NCBI GenBank assembly: GCA_030265395.1
Contig: JARFYF010000007.1
Coordinates: 42,508,635 to 42,572,634 of the forward strand
Direction of reading: 5' to 3'
Source of the DNA: Rhina ancylostomus
Taxonomy: Eukaryota
Length of the DNA: 64,000 bases
The translations under genes were made by a program, and so were the position numbers. Shown one piece after another: positions 49,426-62,600 of the stretch (position 1 is its first letter; each line of letters begins with the position of its first letter). The notes beneath the pieces were generated by a model. It was not told the DNA's origin. It searched no databases and saw nothing but the letters and a program-made list of their open reading frames with translations.

Positions 49426-52400
49426 CATATCCAAGGTAATTCCTCTTTATGGCAACATAGTACAAAATAACAACAGTATCTTAAATTGTTGCCCTCAATT
49501 TTTTTTTAGAAGTGCAAATCAAACAAGATATGTATAGCTTTATAATCTCTTACAAGTATCACAAAAATTAGTAATTGTGCTCAAAAGCAGAGCTTTAGAT
49601 TTTTTCCTCATTTGCAGCGCACAGGTGTCGGGAGATGAACACATAATTGTGCCTTCAAATGCTCATTGAAGCAGGGATACAGTAAAAAGTTTCACTAAAA
49701 TCCAACTTGAAATGCAAACCAACATTCATCTCTCTGGTGTATCCAGGCAACACACACAAGCTTCTACACTTATCACCCATTCACTTAGTTCATGGGGAAG
49801 AATTTCATATCAAATTTCAACCTACAGACCAGCAAGGCTGTGTTCGAGCTAGGAGAATCTATTCTCATCTGTGGAAGGAGACCTTAAGAACAGTAAGTAG
49901 CAGCATTAAAGCAAATAAATGTGAAAAGGCTTTTAAGTGATGAAGCTAGCAAAGAAATTAGAGACTTGTTTGTAACTAGGCCATTTATTTTACACACTTC
50001 CATGCAACAGGACTGTGCAAGCCACATCCTGCAGATATAACTTTTTTTTGGAATAAATAAGACTATCAGTGAAACAAGGACATAGATCAGAAAACAGGCT
50101 TTGCTGCATTCTTTATATAGCTTGATAAAGAATGGGAGAGGGCACTTAAAACCTTTTTAAAAATTGGCTATGTACCCAAAGTAGAGGTCCTGGGGTGAGT
50201 GCTTGGACCAAAATATCTACCATGTGAAAATATCTTCTTAAAATTGGATGGGAGTTAAGGGATGTATCTGAATCTGTGATTGCTTTGGGGGCATCTTCCC
50301 TGTCCCCAAAATCAACCATGAAAACAGGAAACACCAAGCAGAATCTGAAGTAGCAGGCAATTTCAATGTGGATTCTGCAGTCTTGGCTTAACAACTTGAG
50401 AAGCTGAGGATAGCAAGAAAAGGAACACCACTGCAAGCTGCCCCACAATATCAACCACCTTGATCCACTGGTTAAAGATGGACTCTAAGTGTATTTAGAT
50501 ACATACAGCAACTGTTGCCTCTGAGCCAATTCCACAGTCCTGATTGGGTAATCTCCATCAATGCAAGTCAAAATTTAATAAAACTATTGTTTGAGCTCCC
50601 TCAATTTTAGCTTCTGAAATCTTAATATTCTGTTTCATTATAATTTTGTGACCTCTCTAGCTGTTAGACATATATTAGGAGAGGGCAGGATTAGGCTTGG
50701 ATACAATGTCCAGTCTGTAACTAAAATCAGTCATATTCTTAGGTCCTGGAGAAAAGTACAATGATGATATCAAGATTCTGTCAAACCTAAGGAAGCCATA
50801 TATCAATAATTAAATAATTTCTCTGAGGGAGAGAAAGAGATGTTGTTTCTACCTAGAACTTGCACTTTGGCTGAAGTAATATTGTTCAAGCATTGAAGAA
50901 TCCAAGACTTACTATCAGTTTCAGGGAGCTGAATCTGTGTAGCATTGCCTAACCTTGGTACCAGTAGCACAGCTGCATTTCCCAATGTCATAATAAATGA
51001 ATTCATCAGGTTGGGGAGCAGGGTTTTGGTGATGGAGGAAGAGAAGATAATATCCTCTCAAATTCCGCACCAGAAACATCTGGCTATTGCTCTAACTGGG
51101 ATTCTAGACCTGCCAATCAGAAGTGGGAAATAAAAAAAGTAACTGCTTCCTTTGAACAAACATTTGCTTTAATTTATTTATGATTGATTTGCAAGGATTT
51201 TTAAAACATTTAAAAAAGGCAATAGACATGTAAGCTCTATTAAAATCCATCTATGGCAGCTTTGAAAGAAGATATAGCTTGTCAAGAGCATTTGGGGTGG
51301 TGGTGTTTAAAATGGAGGCATAGCCTATTCATTTTTCAGAGCTTCCTGCCTGACTTCAGGGTGTGGAGAGCCAGAACCATCTGATATACTCCCCAGTAAA
51401 GTGTGGACTTGCAGAGACCTCAGGTGGCAATTCCAGGCAATGCACATGTCCTAACAGGCCTATTCGGTTTTTCTTTTCCAGTTTTGTTGAAATGCCCATT
51501 TAATTTCTGCCACTATATTGAAATATTTGGGTTGTTTGGCACAATTTCTAGCGTGCCATAAATGGGACACTTTTATACAAAAGAACAATCTGCAGATGCT
51601 TTCATTATGAACAACCAAGTCTTAGTAATACAAATGAAAAACATGTTGATGCTGGATTCCAGCATCTGCAATCCTTTGTTTCTGTAGTTTAGCATAATAT
51701 ACTCTGGTTCTCATAACAACCCAATTTTTACTCCTTGAGAGTTTGATAGAGGGAATGCGTCAAGTAGCCATTGGCACTATGGCAAAGATGATGATTCTCA
51801 GCAGGTAGCCCACCTTGACAAATTAGGTACAGTGTTTATTCCATATACTATTTAGACTATTGTGTATGAAAATCAAGTAATCAGACTAGTTTAACTTAAT
51901 ATATTCAGAATTATGAGTGCGCAAAACCCCAGTATTGTTTAATGAATATGATGAAACTTCTACATTAATTCAGGCAATCATGTTGCTTCTTTCTCTGTGC
52001 CTTTATGGTTTATTTGTAAGTGGCAAAGTCACCTACATTCAAACAGAGAAGTATTGCATCTGGTTATTTCCATTATGCCATAGACCAAATCATGCATTTC
52101 AGTTTCAATCCTCCAAATTAATTCATAGCAAGGATGTTGAGAACATGGAAAAATTCTGCTGTCAAAGTTGGAAATATTGTATAATGCCAGAAACAATGAC
52201 AAACTTAATTGTATGTTAGAGAGGAATGGATAATTAAGCAAAAGAGAAAAGGCAACACTTACCCATTTATTTCACCTCTCTGACGCTCAGCTGGAAGAAC
52301 ACTAATCACATTTAAACCAAATTTCAATTTGATTAGTTAGATCATGCAGCATTTTTAAAATTCAAAGTACAATTGTTTTTTAAAGTAGCTTTTATACAGC

Positions 52401-52952
52401 AACTATAGTTAACACATAATAAGCCTAATGCAAAAAAAATTTCTACTTGTAGTTTCACTCAGCTAGCCAAATGCATTTTTTGCTTAATACTGCTTGGCAA
52501 TCATGAAATTTGAAAGGCAAAGGATCTCATTTGAGCAAACTTCACAGGTTGCTCACGTGGACCTTATGGAAATCATTTGGGAAAGTAAATAAAATATTTT
52601 ATAACCTCATAATGCAACCCAGTTACTGGTGGTAGTATCAAATGGAGGGAAAACATTTCAAGAGAATTGCCAAAGAATAGCTATTTTCTCCCTTGCCCCA
52701 TTAAGTATACACTGCTTTGAGACAGATTGCAAACTAACGCATTATTCATAGTTTTGGCCAAGAGTAGATTAATAATGCATGCATGCAAAAGTCAAAAATT
52801 GTGGTAAAGATCTGATCACTGGTGTACATAGCTGTAATAACGAACAGTAATAGACCTACGTTATCAAACCAAATGTGCATGTGTCTGTATGCGCGTGTCA
52901 AATGCTTCATTTCATTAAACATTTTAGAAATGTTCATTTTTCCTGAAATAGG

Positions 52953-53572
52953 AAGAACATAGAACATTACAACACAGTACCAGCCCTTCAGCCCACAACG
53001 TTGTGCCGACATTTTATCCTGCTCTAATGTGTATCTAACCCGTCCCTCCCACATAGCCCTCTATTTTTCTATCATTCATGTGCCTATTCAAGTCTCTTAA
53101 ATGTCCCTAATGTATCTGCCCCCACAACCTCCGCCGGCAGTGCGTTCCACACATCCACCACTCTGTGTAAAAAAAAATTCTGACATCTCCAATCACTTTA
53201 AAACTATGCTCCCTCACGTTAGCCATTTTCATCCTGTTAAAAAGTCTCTGACTGTCCTCTCAATCTATGCCTCTTACCATCTTGTACACCTCTATCAAGT
53301 CACCTCTCATCCTCCTCCTCTCCAAAGAGAGAAGCCCTAGCTCACTCAACCTATCCTCATTAAGACATGCTCTTCAATCCAGACAGCATCCTGGTAAATC
53401 TTCTCAGCACCCTCTCTAAAGCTTCCACATCCTTTCTATATGAGGCGACTAGAACTAAACACAATACTCCAAGTGTGGTCTAACCAGAGTTCTATAGAGC
53501 TGCAACATTACCTCACGGCTCTTGAACTCACTACCCCAACTAATAAAGGCCAACACACCATATGCCTTCTTA
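52953..53572 (-). mobile_element. CR1 3' end
   Basis: aacatagaacattacaacacagtaccagccc...acaatactccaagtgtggtctaacc...aaaggccaacacacca. Confidence 0.88.
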
Positions 53573-53643
53573 AGTACAAAGGTCAACTGGTCAACCAGCC
53601 ATTTGTGTATATTTCTAATCTGTTGTCATTAGAAACGAGGATA

Positions 53644-53849
53644 TGGATCCTCCCCAACTTATGTACAGCCTAGATAATACAGACGAGCGTTTGGAAGACT
53701 GGCGGAATGGATTTGCCAGCTGCTGTGAGCCTGCAGGTATCATCTGCCACCTCAGACCTCTGTTCGCTGCCATACTTTTAATTTGCCAACTGTTCAGGTT
53801 ACGAACAATTCACAGGGAAGGAACCCCGCTGTAACTTGGGGAGGACCTG
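53644..53849. mobile_element. Tigger/pogo-like MITE (~205 bp)
   Basis: Terminal inverted repeats GGATCCTCCCCAACTTA and TAACTTGGGGAGGACCTG. Confidence 0.6.
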
Positions 53850-55490
53850 TGATTCAAAACAAAGTGCTGGAAGTAATCAGGTCAGGCCACGTCTGTGGGA
53901 AAAGAAACAATTTAAGTCTCAACCTGTTGTCAGAACTGTCGAGGAGGAAAGAAACTTGCTCCATGGAGGGTGGGGGAGCAGGGAGTCTCTGATAGGGTAA
54001 AGCCAGGATGACTATGGGGATAAACTGTAAACAAGGTTATCTGGTCAATGAGTGAATGGGAGTAGTTAGAGTGAGAACATAGATGAAAGAACCTAGACAA
54101 AAGAATGTAGGGGTTGCAAAATGCAGGGGAGGAACATGCCTGGCAGGTCAGGCTGGTCACATCCTCCATTTCCAAAGGAAAAGAAAGCTGAGCTGATATC
54201 ACAGATGGACAACTGATACACACAGAGAAATCAAGTTCCTCAAGTTCTAGAATTAAATATTGAGTCCAGAAGCTGCAATGTGCCCAAATGGGAGTTGAGC
54301 TGCTCTTCCTCAAGCTTGTCTTAGACTTCACTGTACCAGTACAGGAAGCCACAGACCGATAGGTCAGAGTGGGAGTGAGATGAAGAATTAAAGTGGCGGG
54401 CAACTGGAAGCTCAGGATTACCCCTATGGACTGAAAGCAGGTGTTCTGCAAAGTGGTCACCCAGTCAGTGTTTGGTTTCTCCATTGTACAGGAGGCCACA
54501 CTGTGAACAAGGGATGGAATACACTACATTGGAAGTGTTAGTGAATTGCTGCTTCACCTGGAAAGACTGTTTGGGTCCCGAGATGGTGGGTAGGGAAGAA
54601 GTCAAAGGACAAGTGATGCCTTACCTGTAGATGCAAGGGAAGAAGGGGGCTGGTTGGTGGGAATGAAAGAAAGGACTGGGCAGTTACAAAGGGAATAGTC
54701 CCTGCAAAATACTGAAAGGGGAAAGTATTTGGCAGTGGAATGTCTGAAGGTGGCAGAAATTCCGTAGAACGATCTGTTGAATACAGAGGCTGTTGGGGTG
54801 AGGACCAGGGGAAGCCGATCCTTGTTCTGCCCTGGAGAGTGAGTATGAGCAGAGGCATGGGAAATAAATGAGATTCAGTCGAAGGCTTTGTTAACAGTGG
54901 TAACAATGGAAAGTCACGGTTCAAGAAGGAAGACAACATTTCAGAGGCACCTATATGGAAAATCGCAACACTGGAGCAAATACAATGGAGGCGGAGGAAC
55001 TAGGAGAGTAGAATAGAGTCCTTAGAGAAGGTATGGTGGGATGAAGGGAAATCAAGATAGCTGTGGAAGTTGTAATGGATCTTAGTAGCTAACCTATCTC
55101 CTGAGATAATCCAGAAGAGGAAGGCAAAACAAAAAATCAGATTGACCATATGAAAGGTGTTTTTTTTCTTCTCCTTTGGACCTCTGCCCAGCCTGACCTG
55201 CTAGACACATCTTCCTGCTCAACAATTCTTAATTGCACTCTTAACTGCTCTCATTCATTGACCAGATAACTGTGTTTACAGCTAATTCCAATGGTCACCT
55301 TGGCTTTACCATATCAGAGACATCCCCCTTCTCCCTGCAGTTTAATGAGCTTCTTCATGCTGCTTTCCAGTTTTGATGAGAGGTCTTTGACCCAAAACAT
55401 TAACTGCTTCTCTTCCAATAGATGTGGCCTGAACCGCTGAGCATTTCTACCATTTTTTGTCTTTATTTCACATTTCCAGTATCTGCAGTT
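53850..55490. mobile_element. Penelope-like element with inverted termini
   Basis: Terminus and decayed ORF on - (53850-55150; tgttctgcaaagtggtcacccagt, MLSSFLNR), then a second terminus on + (55250-55490). Confidence 0.75.
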
Positions 55491-55614
55491 TTTAAAAAAT
55501 ATATTCACCATAATGACAATTGTCTAGAAACTGACTATTTGCATATCATTAGTGATGTGTAAAGGTGGGGAGAGAATAACTGTTTCTTATCCCAAGAGGG
55601 AGGAGCATGGATAA

Positions 55615-56230
55615 AACATAACAACACAAATTAGCTCTTCAGCCCCTTGAGCATAGTTTACTATTCTGCAAGATCATGCCTGGTCTGGGCCTCAACTACA
55701 TTTACCCACCTTTGCTCCATATTGTTGATTGTTATCTGACAAATATACAAAAATCTGAGTGCTTAAGATTTAAATTGACCCAGCATCCATAGCTTTTTGG
55801 GAGAAGAGAATTTCACATTACCACTATATGCATGTTAAAAATTGCTTCTTGAGTTCACATACAAGTGGTTTGGTTCACATTTTAAATTNNNNNNNNNNAT
55901 TTTCCCTTTTGAATCCTTTATCATGTAAAAATCTACTGTTTAGATCACTCTTCAATAATCTGTCTAAAGAGGAGGAAAAATAATCCCAAATTTTTTGCAA
56001 TTTAATTTCAGTTTACTCAAAGTTCTGTAGCTGGCTGAAGAGTGTGCACTGAACTCCTTCAAGGTATCTCTCCTGAATGTAGGTGCCCAAAGCAAAATGT
56101 AGCCCTCCAGGAAGTAATCTGACCAGGGGTCATAAAAGCTGGATGACAACTTCTGCCTATAACCCAAGGAGATGGTGAACAATCTTTGGACCTTGATAGC
56201 ATATGGTGATGAGTACACTTAAAATCCTTT
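55615..56230 (-). mobile_element. Degenerate CR1 3' end
   Basis: cagccccttgagc...aagatcatgcctggtctg...ggtgcccaaagcaaaatgtagccctccagg. Confidence 0.6.
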
Positions 56231-57349
56231 GCATCTTCAATTGCTATTAATCTTCCTCCATAAACATTTTAACTTAATAAAATGGAAATAAGCAAGAAAC
56301 TTTCATCTGGCGTGATTCATAGCAATACAAAGTAAGACAGATGTTATTGAAAGTCAGCCATTTCACACCCAGAACAAGTTCCTTGGGAAAACAATCATAG
56401 GTCCCTCCGATGTCAGCTAATACATCAAAATTGTGGAAGGGAGGATGTTCAGTGATTGTGCAGAGGTCAGCTCCATTTGCAACTCAAGTTGCGAGGAAAT
56501 TTGTGCCATGTGTAGCAAAACCTGGACAACTTTCAGGTTCGTCCTGATATACCAAGTGCTGGGCCATCACCAAAGAATCAAATCTCTTCACCAAGGCTGT
56601 CAATTGAAGTTTCATATTTCATTACTAATCTGATGTAGAACTTTGTTAAATATCTACTGCATGTCCCAATGGAGAATATTTATAGACAATATCCTTTTTG
56701 CATTTTCTCAAAATATTCAAAATCAATCAGATGCAAACTACCCTGTCGAAAGTTCATAACCTAATAGGGGCCCTTGAGCAAAATTACTGAGATCACTAGA
56801 TTAAAGAACACATCTTTGAACAACAGATTGACAATTTTAAGAGAACATTTTAAAGCAAAAGGTTCACTGTAAATTACTTTTCTGTCTACACATTCTACAA
56901 TATCACCCACTCTGACTATACTTTTTATGATGAATAAGAGGGTGATTAAAAAGGGATTCCACTATAAACAGATAAAAACTTAGAAATCATTGCTATCCAT
57001 GACTATTGCTGATNNNNNNNNNNNNNNNNNNNNNNNNNNNNNNNNNNNNNNNNNNNNNNNNNNNNNNNNNNNNNNNNNNNNNNNNNNNNNNNNNNNNNNN
57101 NNNNNNNNNNNNNAAATCCTGTGTGGCCTCTTATTTCCTTGAAAAAGACAAAACTTAAGATCCTTACAAATGAGCATGAATATACGTAATTTCTGAACAC
57201 TGAGCCTTTCTAATATTGTAAAAGATTGAGTTGACATGACAGCTTACCTATAACAGCTTAATTCTTTTATTAAATAATGCAGAGTTGTTATATCCATGCA
57301 CAGGATCTTTTGTAATCAAGATGATGTAACTTGGACCTAGCTGGTAATA

Positions 57350-58701
57350 AAATTTCAGTGAAAGCTGCTCTTTATTGGAAAATCCACCAATTTTCTCCTA
57401 CATACATTTTATCTTTTAAACAAAATATATTCTGCAAAGACAATGCAGCAAAATTTTGCTAAGTTCATGTACTGAATTGCCTTAAGCTCAAACTACCCTT
57501 CACACCACTGATGTGGACAGAATTTATGTTATATACAATGAAGCACCGATCAACAGTGCTTTACTGTGTTACTTTTCAACTTGCTTTACTTTTTTAAAAA
57601 AATCTACACAGAAACTATTCCCTCATATCCAACTATGTGTAAACAAATCTTCTCAGAACCAGTGAAGACACCATATGTGGACATTTAAACAAATTATTCT
57701 AGTGTTCTGAGATCTCCAAATGATTTGGAGTCCATTGGAGGTAGAGGATCTTTGTGAACTGAAGGCAATTCCTTACACTCTAGGAAAGGCAGCATCAAAC
57801 TTGAATGTAAAATAATGATACACTGAGCATGGAGCAATAAAAATGGCCTTCCCATTTATGCTAATGCCAAAATACAAATGCCGTGCTTTGCATGTCAATA
57901 ACTGTTCCCTCGCAAACTCCTAGGCACAGAATTAACTACATTGATTAATACATTATTCATTCTAAATCCCATATAAACTCAAGATTTTGGTTCTGCCTAC
58001 AAATAATTGTACTAGGAACAAGTAAACTGATCTGTAGAATAATTAGTGCTTCATCTTTCAGTTAACTGTATTTTTCATTCAAACTCATGTTTTCATCCAA
58101 CTGATGAATCATGCACATCTAAATTAATCCTCACAGGAAGCATCTGATGCAATATTGTTACTTAATCTGACAGTCATAAATAAATATAGTACACAAGGAA
58201 TGTCTACTGCAAAACTTGAATAAAGTGTAAAATTATGAATTAATAATTTTAGCATGATTGTGAAAAAAATTGAACAGGTTTACATAATTTACTGCTGCTT
58301 TTCAAAGAATACCTCACCAATTCCTGATAATTTACATTCCAGCAGTTGTGTCACATAGTTGTAGATCCTACTTGTTCTTCAAGCCACATTTCTAAATTAA
58401 GAGGTTTTACTCAACATGGGAACAAAACGTTGTACTGTGGAGTATAATTGGTTGCACCAATTAAAATCCTGATTGAATCAGTCATCACTCCATCAAAAGC
58501 CTTTCCCTCTGCTGCTGAAGTTTGTCCATCAACATTTGCTTTCTAGGAAATGTCCCATCTTGATCATTCTGCCATCTTGTTTTACTTCCTTACTGAGGTC
58601 ATCCTTATGGAAGATAGTTTCACAACAGCGAGTATTTTGCATGAAGAATAAAAATTTGCTGCTTAGCACTCATCTTCTCAGAATCTATCCATTTGATACC
58701 A
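57350..58701 (-). other. PICALM: PICALM 3'UTR
   Basis: Follows the MQFM stop and is free of repeats. Blocks (tttgcagtagacattcctt, aattctgtgcctagga, gcactgttgatcggtgc, ggtggatttt) match my recollection of the mammalian PICALM 3'UTR. Confidence 0.75.
57371..57376 (-). terminator. PICALM polyadenylation signal
   Basis: AATAAA on - within ggtggattttccAATAAAgagcagct, ~1.3 kb after the stop codon. Confidence 0.6.
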
Positions 58702-58716
58702 CTACATAAATTGCAT
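58702..58716 (-). CDS. PICALM: PICALM terminal exon, coding part (MQFM*)
   Basis: Strong acceptor tttcattttgtttttcgttttcag|ATG CAA TTT ATG TAG; equivalent to the mammalian IQFM* terminus; CCDC83-PICALM tail-to-tail order as in human. Confidence 0.88.
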   Translation of the reverse strand: MQFM

Positions 58717-59556
58717 CTGAAAACGAAAAACAAAATGAAAAACAGCTCATTATTTTCAGGCAAGAATTATTAGGCAAACTTTCTCCAGCTGTTCAGAAAT
58801 TTTGTTTACTTAAAAAGTGAAGTACAGTTCATCCCAAAAGTACAACTCACAAAATACTTTTTTCCCCATTGCAACTCAGTTTAAATTCAAATTATTTTGA
58901 TCCAATTATCAACACTGACCAGTGTAGATGAGAGTGCTTTTGGCATTTTGTGAAACAAGGGAATGGAAGGAACTGCAATAGACCCAACATAAGAATAGCA
59001 GCAAGGTCATCAAACAGTTATTTTTCCAAAAAATAAAATCTGACCAGCATTACATGGTCATGCTGTATGACTGATTGTCTAAGATTGCAGTGATAAACTG
59101 AGTGATAGTGACACCATTATTATATCAGTAGCGAGCATTATGTGCATTTCAAAGCAATTTTTGCACTATTTTGTGAAGTACATTTGAAGCTTTTTCAGGT
59201 GACAGTAAATTAACCTATATTGTGGAAATTTAAACAGATATGTGTTTAAACTGGCCAACAGGACCCAGTTCTGGCTGAAGTGGTTGCCAAGGTATGAACT
59301 CCATGAAAAAAAGTTACGTGCTAATCTGTACATGCACTATTCACAAAAGTAAATCAACATCACATATGGCCACAAAGCACAATTACATCACAATATCCAT
59401 GCAATAACATTACTTGCAGGAGAATTAAATATTTCAGCAAACTTTAACAGCAATGCTAATGTAGCAGCCTCATTGATAGTTTTAGAGACCATTCTGACAA
59501 CTGCCGAATGTAGCATACACAAACATACATAGCACACCATGAATACCTTGTCTGTT

Positions 59557-59649
59557 CTACAAGAAGTCCTTGAGAGAGAGCTCTGCAAACGGATCCTTTC
59601 CAGGAGCTCTAGGAGGACTTTGACTAGAAGGACTCGAGGCTGTAGATAA
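59557..59649 (-). CDS. PICALM: PICALM alternative exon, AP180-like C-terminus (LSTASSPSSQSPPRAPGKDPFAELSLKDFL*)
   Basis: Pyrimidine tract plus ctag| acceptor; 30 codons plus TAG; donor AAG|gtattc after 59547; resembles the SNAP91/AP180 end KDPLADLNIKDFL. Confidence 0.9.
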   Translation of the reverse strand, partial: LSTASSPSSQSPPRAPGKDPFAELSLKDFL

Positions 59650-62600
59650 CTAGTTCAGAAAGTGAAGAAAGTGAAAGCAGAAAATGCGAAGAAAAGAACA
59701 CAGGAAATCAGTGATATAGCAATGCCAAAACTCATTGCCATTTTAGGAATGACAGCAAGAATTTTCAAGGAATCAATTTTTGTGCCAGCATACTTCAAGT
59801 TTTAACAAAATAGTGTTTAAGGGTTTCAGCAGAATTGACTTCTCAACAAAATAATATATTTGATGTACATAATTTACTTTTTTAAAAATATGATTAAGAG
59901 GGGTAGTTACAAAACATGTTAATAATCAGGAATGTCATCAGATGAATCATGGGTTTCATCTCCTTGTATGGAGGGATGATGGGGAAACAAAATTGGAAGT
60001 GATAGACTGGAGTTACAGATCATCTGTTGCCCACCTTCCTGAATGGAAAATGCTGCAGCTGGTCAAGAAGGAAGAAAAGCAGGTAGGAAAGTTATGCAGA
60101 ACATTCTCAGCAAATGATCATCTGTTGATTCTTTTCACAAATAATAAAATCTACGTTGTTGAATTGCAGCTTTAAAGGGAACACAAAAACCTGTACTTGC
60201 ACAGCGTCTTTAACAAGCCAGTTTCACAGAAGTGTATGGAAACAAAAACAGCAAAAGGCAAATTAACAGGCATAATTAAAGGGGGAGGGGGGGAAGAGGG
60301 GGGGCAGGATTTAGCAACCAACAGACTGAGACAGTATTAAAAATGAGCTATGTCACAATGGAGAAAATGGACAGTCTTTGTGATAGAGAATATGGAATGT
60401 GAGGGGACAGATTGTAGGGCGAGGCGGAATCGGTAGCATATGTATGGAATCCATGTAGGAAGCCAAAAGTACGGCTCTGGTCTTCTCATTGTTTAACTGG
60501 AGGTGGGAGGGACAGCAGATGCAAGTGGCTTTCTGTGCTTTGGAGACAGTAGCACAGGAGAATTAACTATTTGAAACATGGGACTTGCAAGGGAAGCTGA
60601 ATAATCATAAATTTACTGGGAATGAAAAATAGGTAAGATTTGTTGAAAGCAAAGTACCACAGGTGCTGGAATTCTGAAATAAAAAATCAGGATGAAGGTT
60701 CACTGAACACAAACATTGACTGTTTTTTCCTCTGCAGATGCTACCTGCCCTGCTGAGTATCCCCAGCATTTCCTACTTTTACTATAGACATGTTATTCAC
60801 GTAGAGTCAAAGACAAAGCAAATAAAATGGTTATACTGAAATGAAATCTTCAGTTGATTTCTTCTCCGAATTGAAGAAAACATTTTTCAAGCACTTAAGT
60901 TTGTTCTTGGCACATTTAGCAGACTGGACAAGATAATGGGCAGTACAAACTATCCATGGTACATGGAGAAGTAATTCTATGAACTATTTGATAATTTTAA
61001 AATTCATTTTGTATTATAATATTCACTAGGGAAAGGTTATGCCAAAGAAACCATTTGCAATTCTATTTCTGGAAAGCTTTGGGGAAAACTCATTCCTATA
61101 ATTACTGTTGCTACATCTTCCATACATAAGGACTCTACATCATTAGTTCATTATCAATTCCTTGATTCACTATAGAGAGATGAATCTATTTTTTTTTACA
61201 CATTTAACCTACCAATTCAAATTTTGCCAGACAAACCCTCAGGAGAGTTCTACATTCTGTCCATATAGTTCATTATTGTCATATGCACTGCATTTTAAAA
61301 GTGCATATTATCTCTGAATGGTGCCACATTTCTTTAAATCTCTAGCAAAATTGTGGGAAGAATCTGTAAATTAGCAACAACCACATAATCACATTATTGC
61401 TAAAAGACCACTTAATATAAAACCTTTTATGCTAATTACAACCCAAATCCTGTTATGCTTGTTAAAATATAACTCAATTTTTAAAAATAATGATGAATTG
61501 TTATAAAATCACAGAATGGGCTTATTTTATATTTTTGTAAAACACAATACTGCTTTATTTGGAATAACAGCTCAATTCATGGCCAGGCTAAGATTCTGAA
61601 TACATTTATCCTTACACTTGTATGCTTTATAACTTTCAACAAAGCTGAAGTGAGACCATACTGTTATGACATTCTTGCATGGGACTGTGTGGGACTTTAC
61701 CTCATAGTAAGCCAAAATATATCACAATTAATTTCCAAATCACATAGTACTGCTACATAAATAACTCAAACTCATGAAAGCATTCCACTAACCTGTGGAT
61801 GAGAAACAAATGGCCCACTCAGGCAACAGAAAATAAGTTCAACATATTTTATACCTACCTACCCAAACCGGCAGTGTTTGCATTTGAACAAAATATATGG
61901 AGCAATTTGGGAATCTGAGTGAGGAGGTTGGGAGACTAATTTCCATTATCCCAAAAGCAAGCACAGAATTCACAACGAACAACTAACTTACATCAAGTGA
62001 TCACGAGGCAGACAGCTGCATAATTTAATGGTGCGGAATTATATTTCCTTCATCATCCATTTATCAATAGTGCAGTGTGTCCCAATTTGATAATATTATC
62101 AGAGGGCCAATATCATCAGTGGCTGATCCCAGTTAAGGTTACTCACATTGCTTAGACCTTACCTGCATCCCTTTGAAAACAGGAGAATGTCAATTTATAG
62201 AAGACCCCACCAGATACATTCAAAAGGCAGTGGAAGCCAAAGTCACAGCAGCCACTGCCATAAGCTGAGCCCAGTAACCTTGAATATTATGCTGCAACTT
62301 CAGTGATCTTGCACAATTGATCATTGCCCGCGACTCCATCTTCAAACATCATACCCCAACATTACTAGTCTGATACACCCAATCACATGCCTACCAGCAT
62401 TTTATCATTCAGGATCCATGGCTAATATCTATCTTAAAATTCCATTACACCACACTTGTGTATGTTGCTCCCCCCTTTTGGGGGTGTGAATTTTAGGAAA
62501 ATACATTTCATGAAAAATTCCCAGTCTCATTGCAACCAGTGAACAGTACGAGGTAACCTGCTGTTCAGAATACAAGGTTTGCAAGGCAAAGCTTGAAACC

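Noticed and set aside
60281-60304. G-run tract with G-quadruplex potential
   Set aside because: Simple low-complexity tract with no supporting context.
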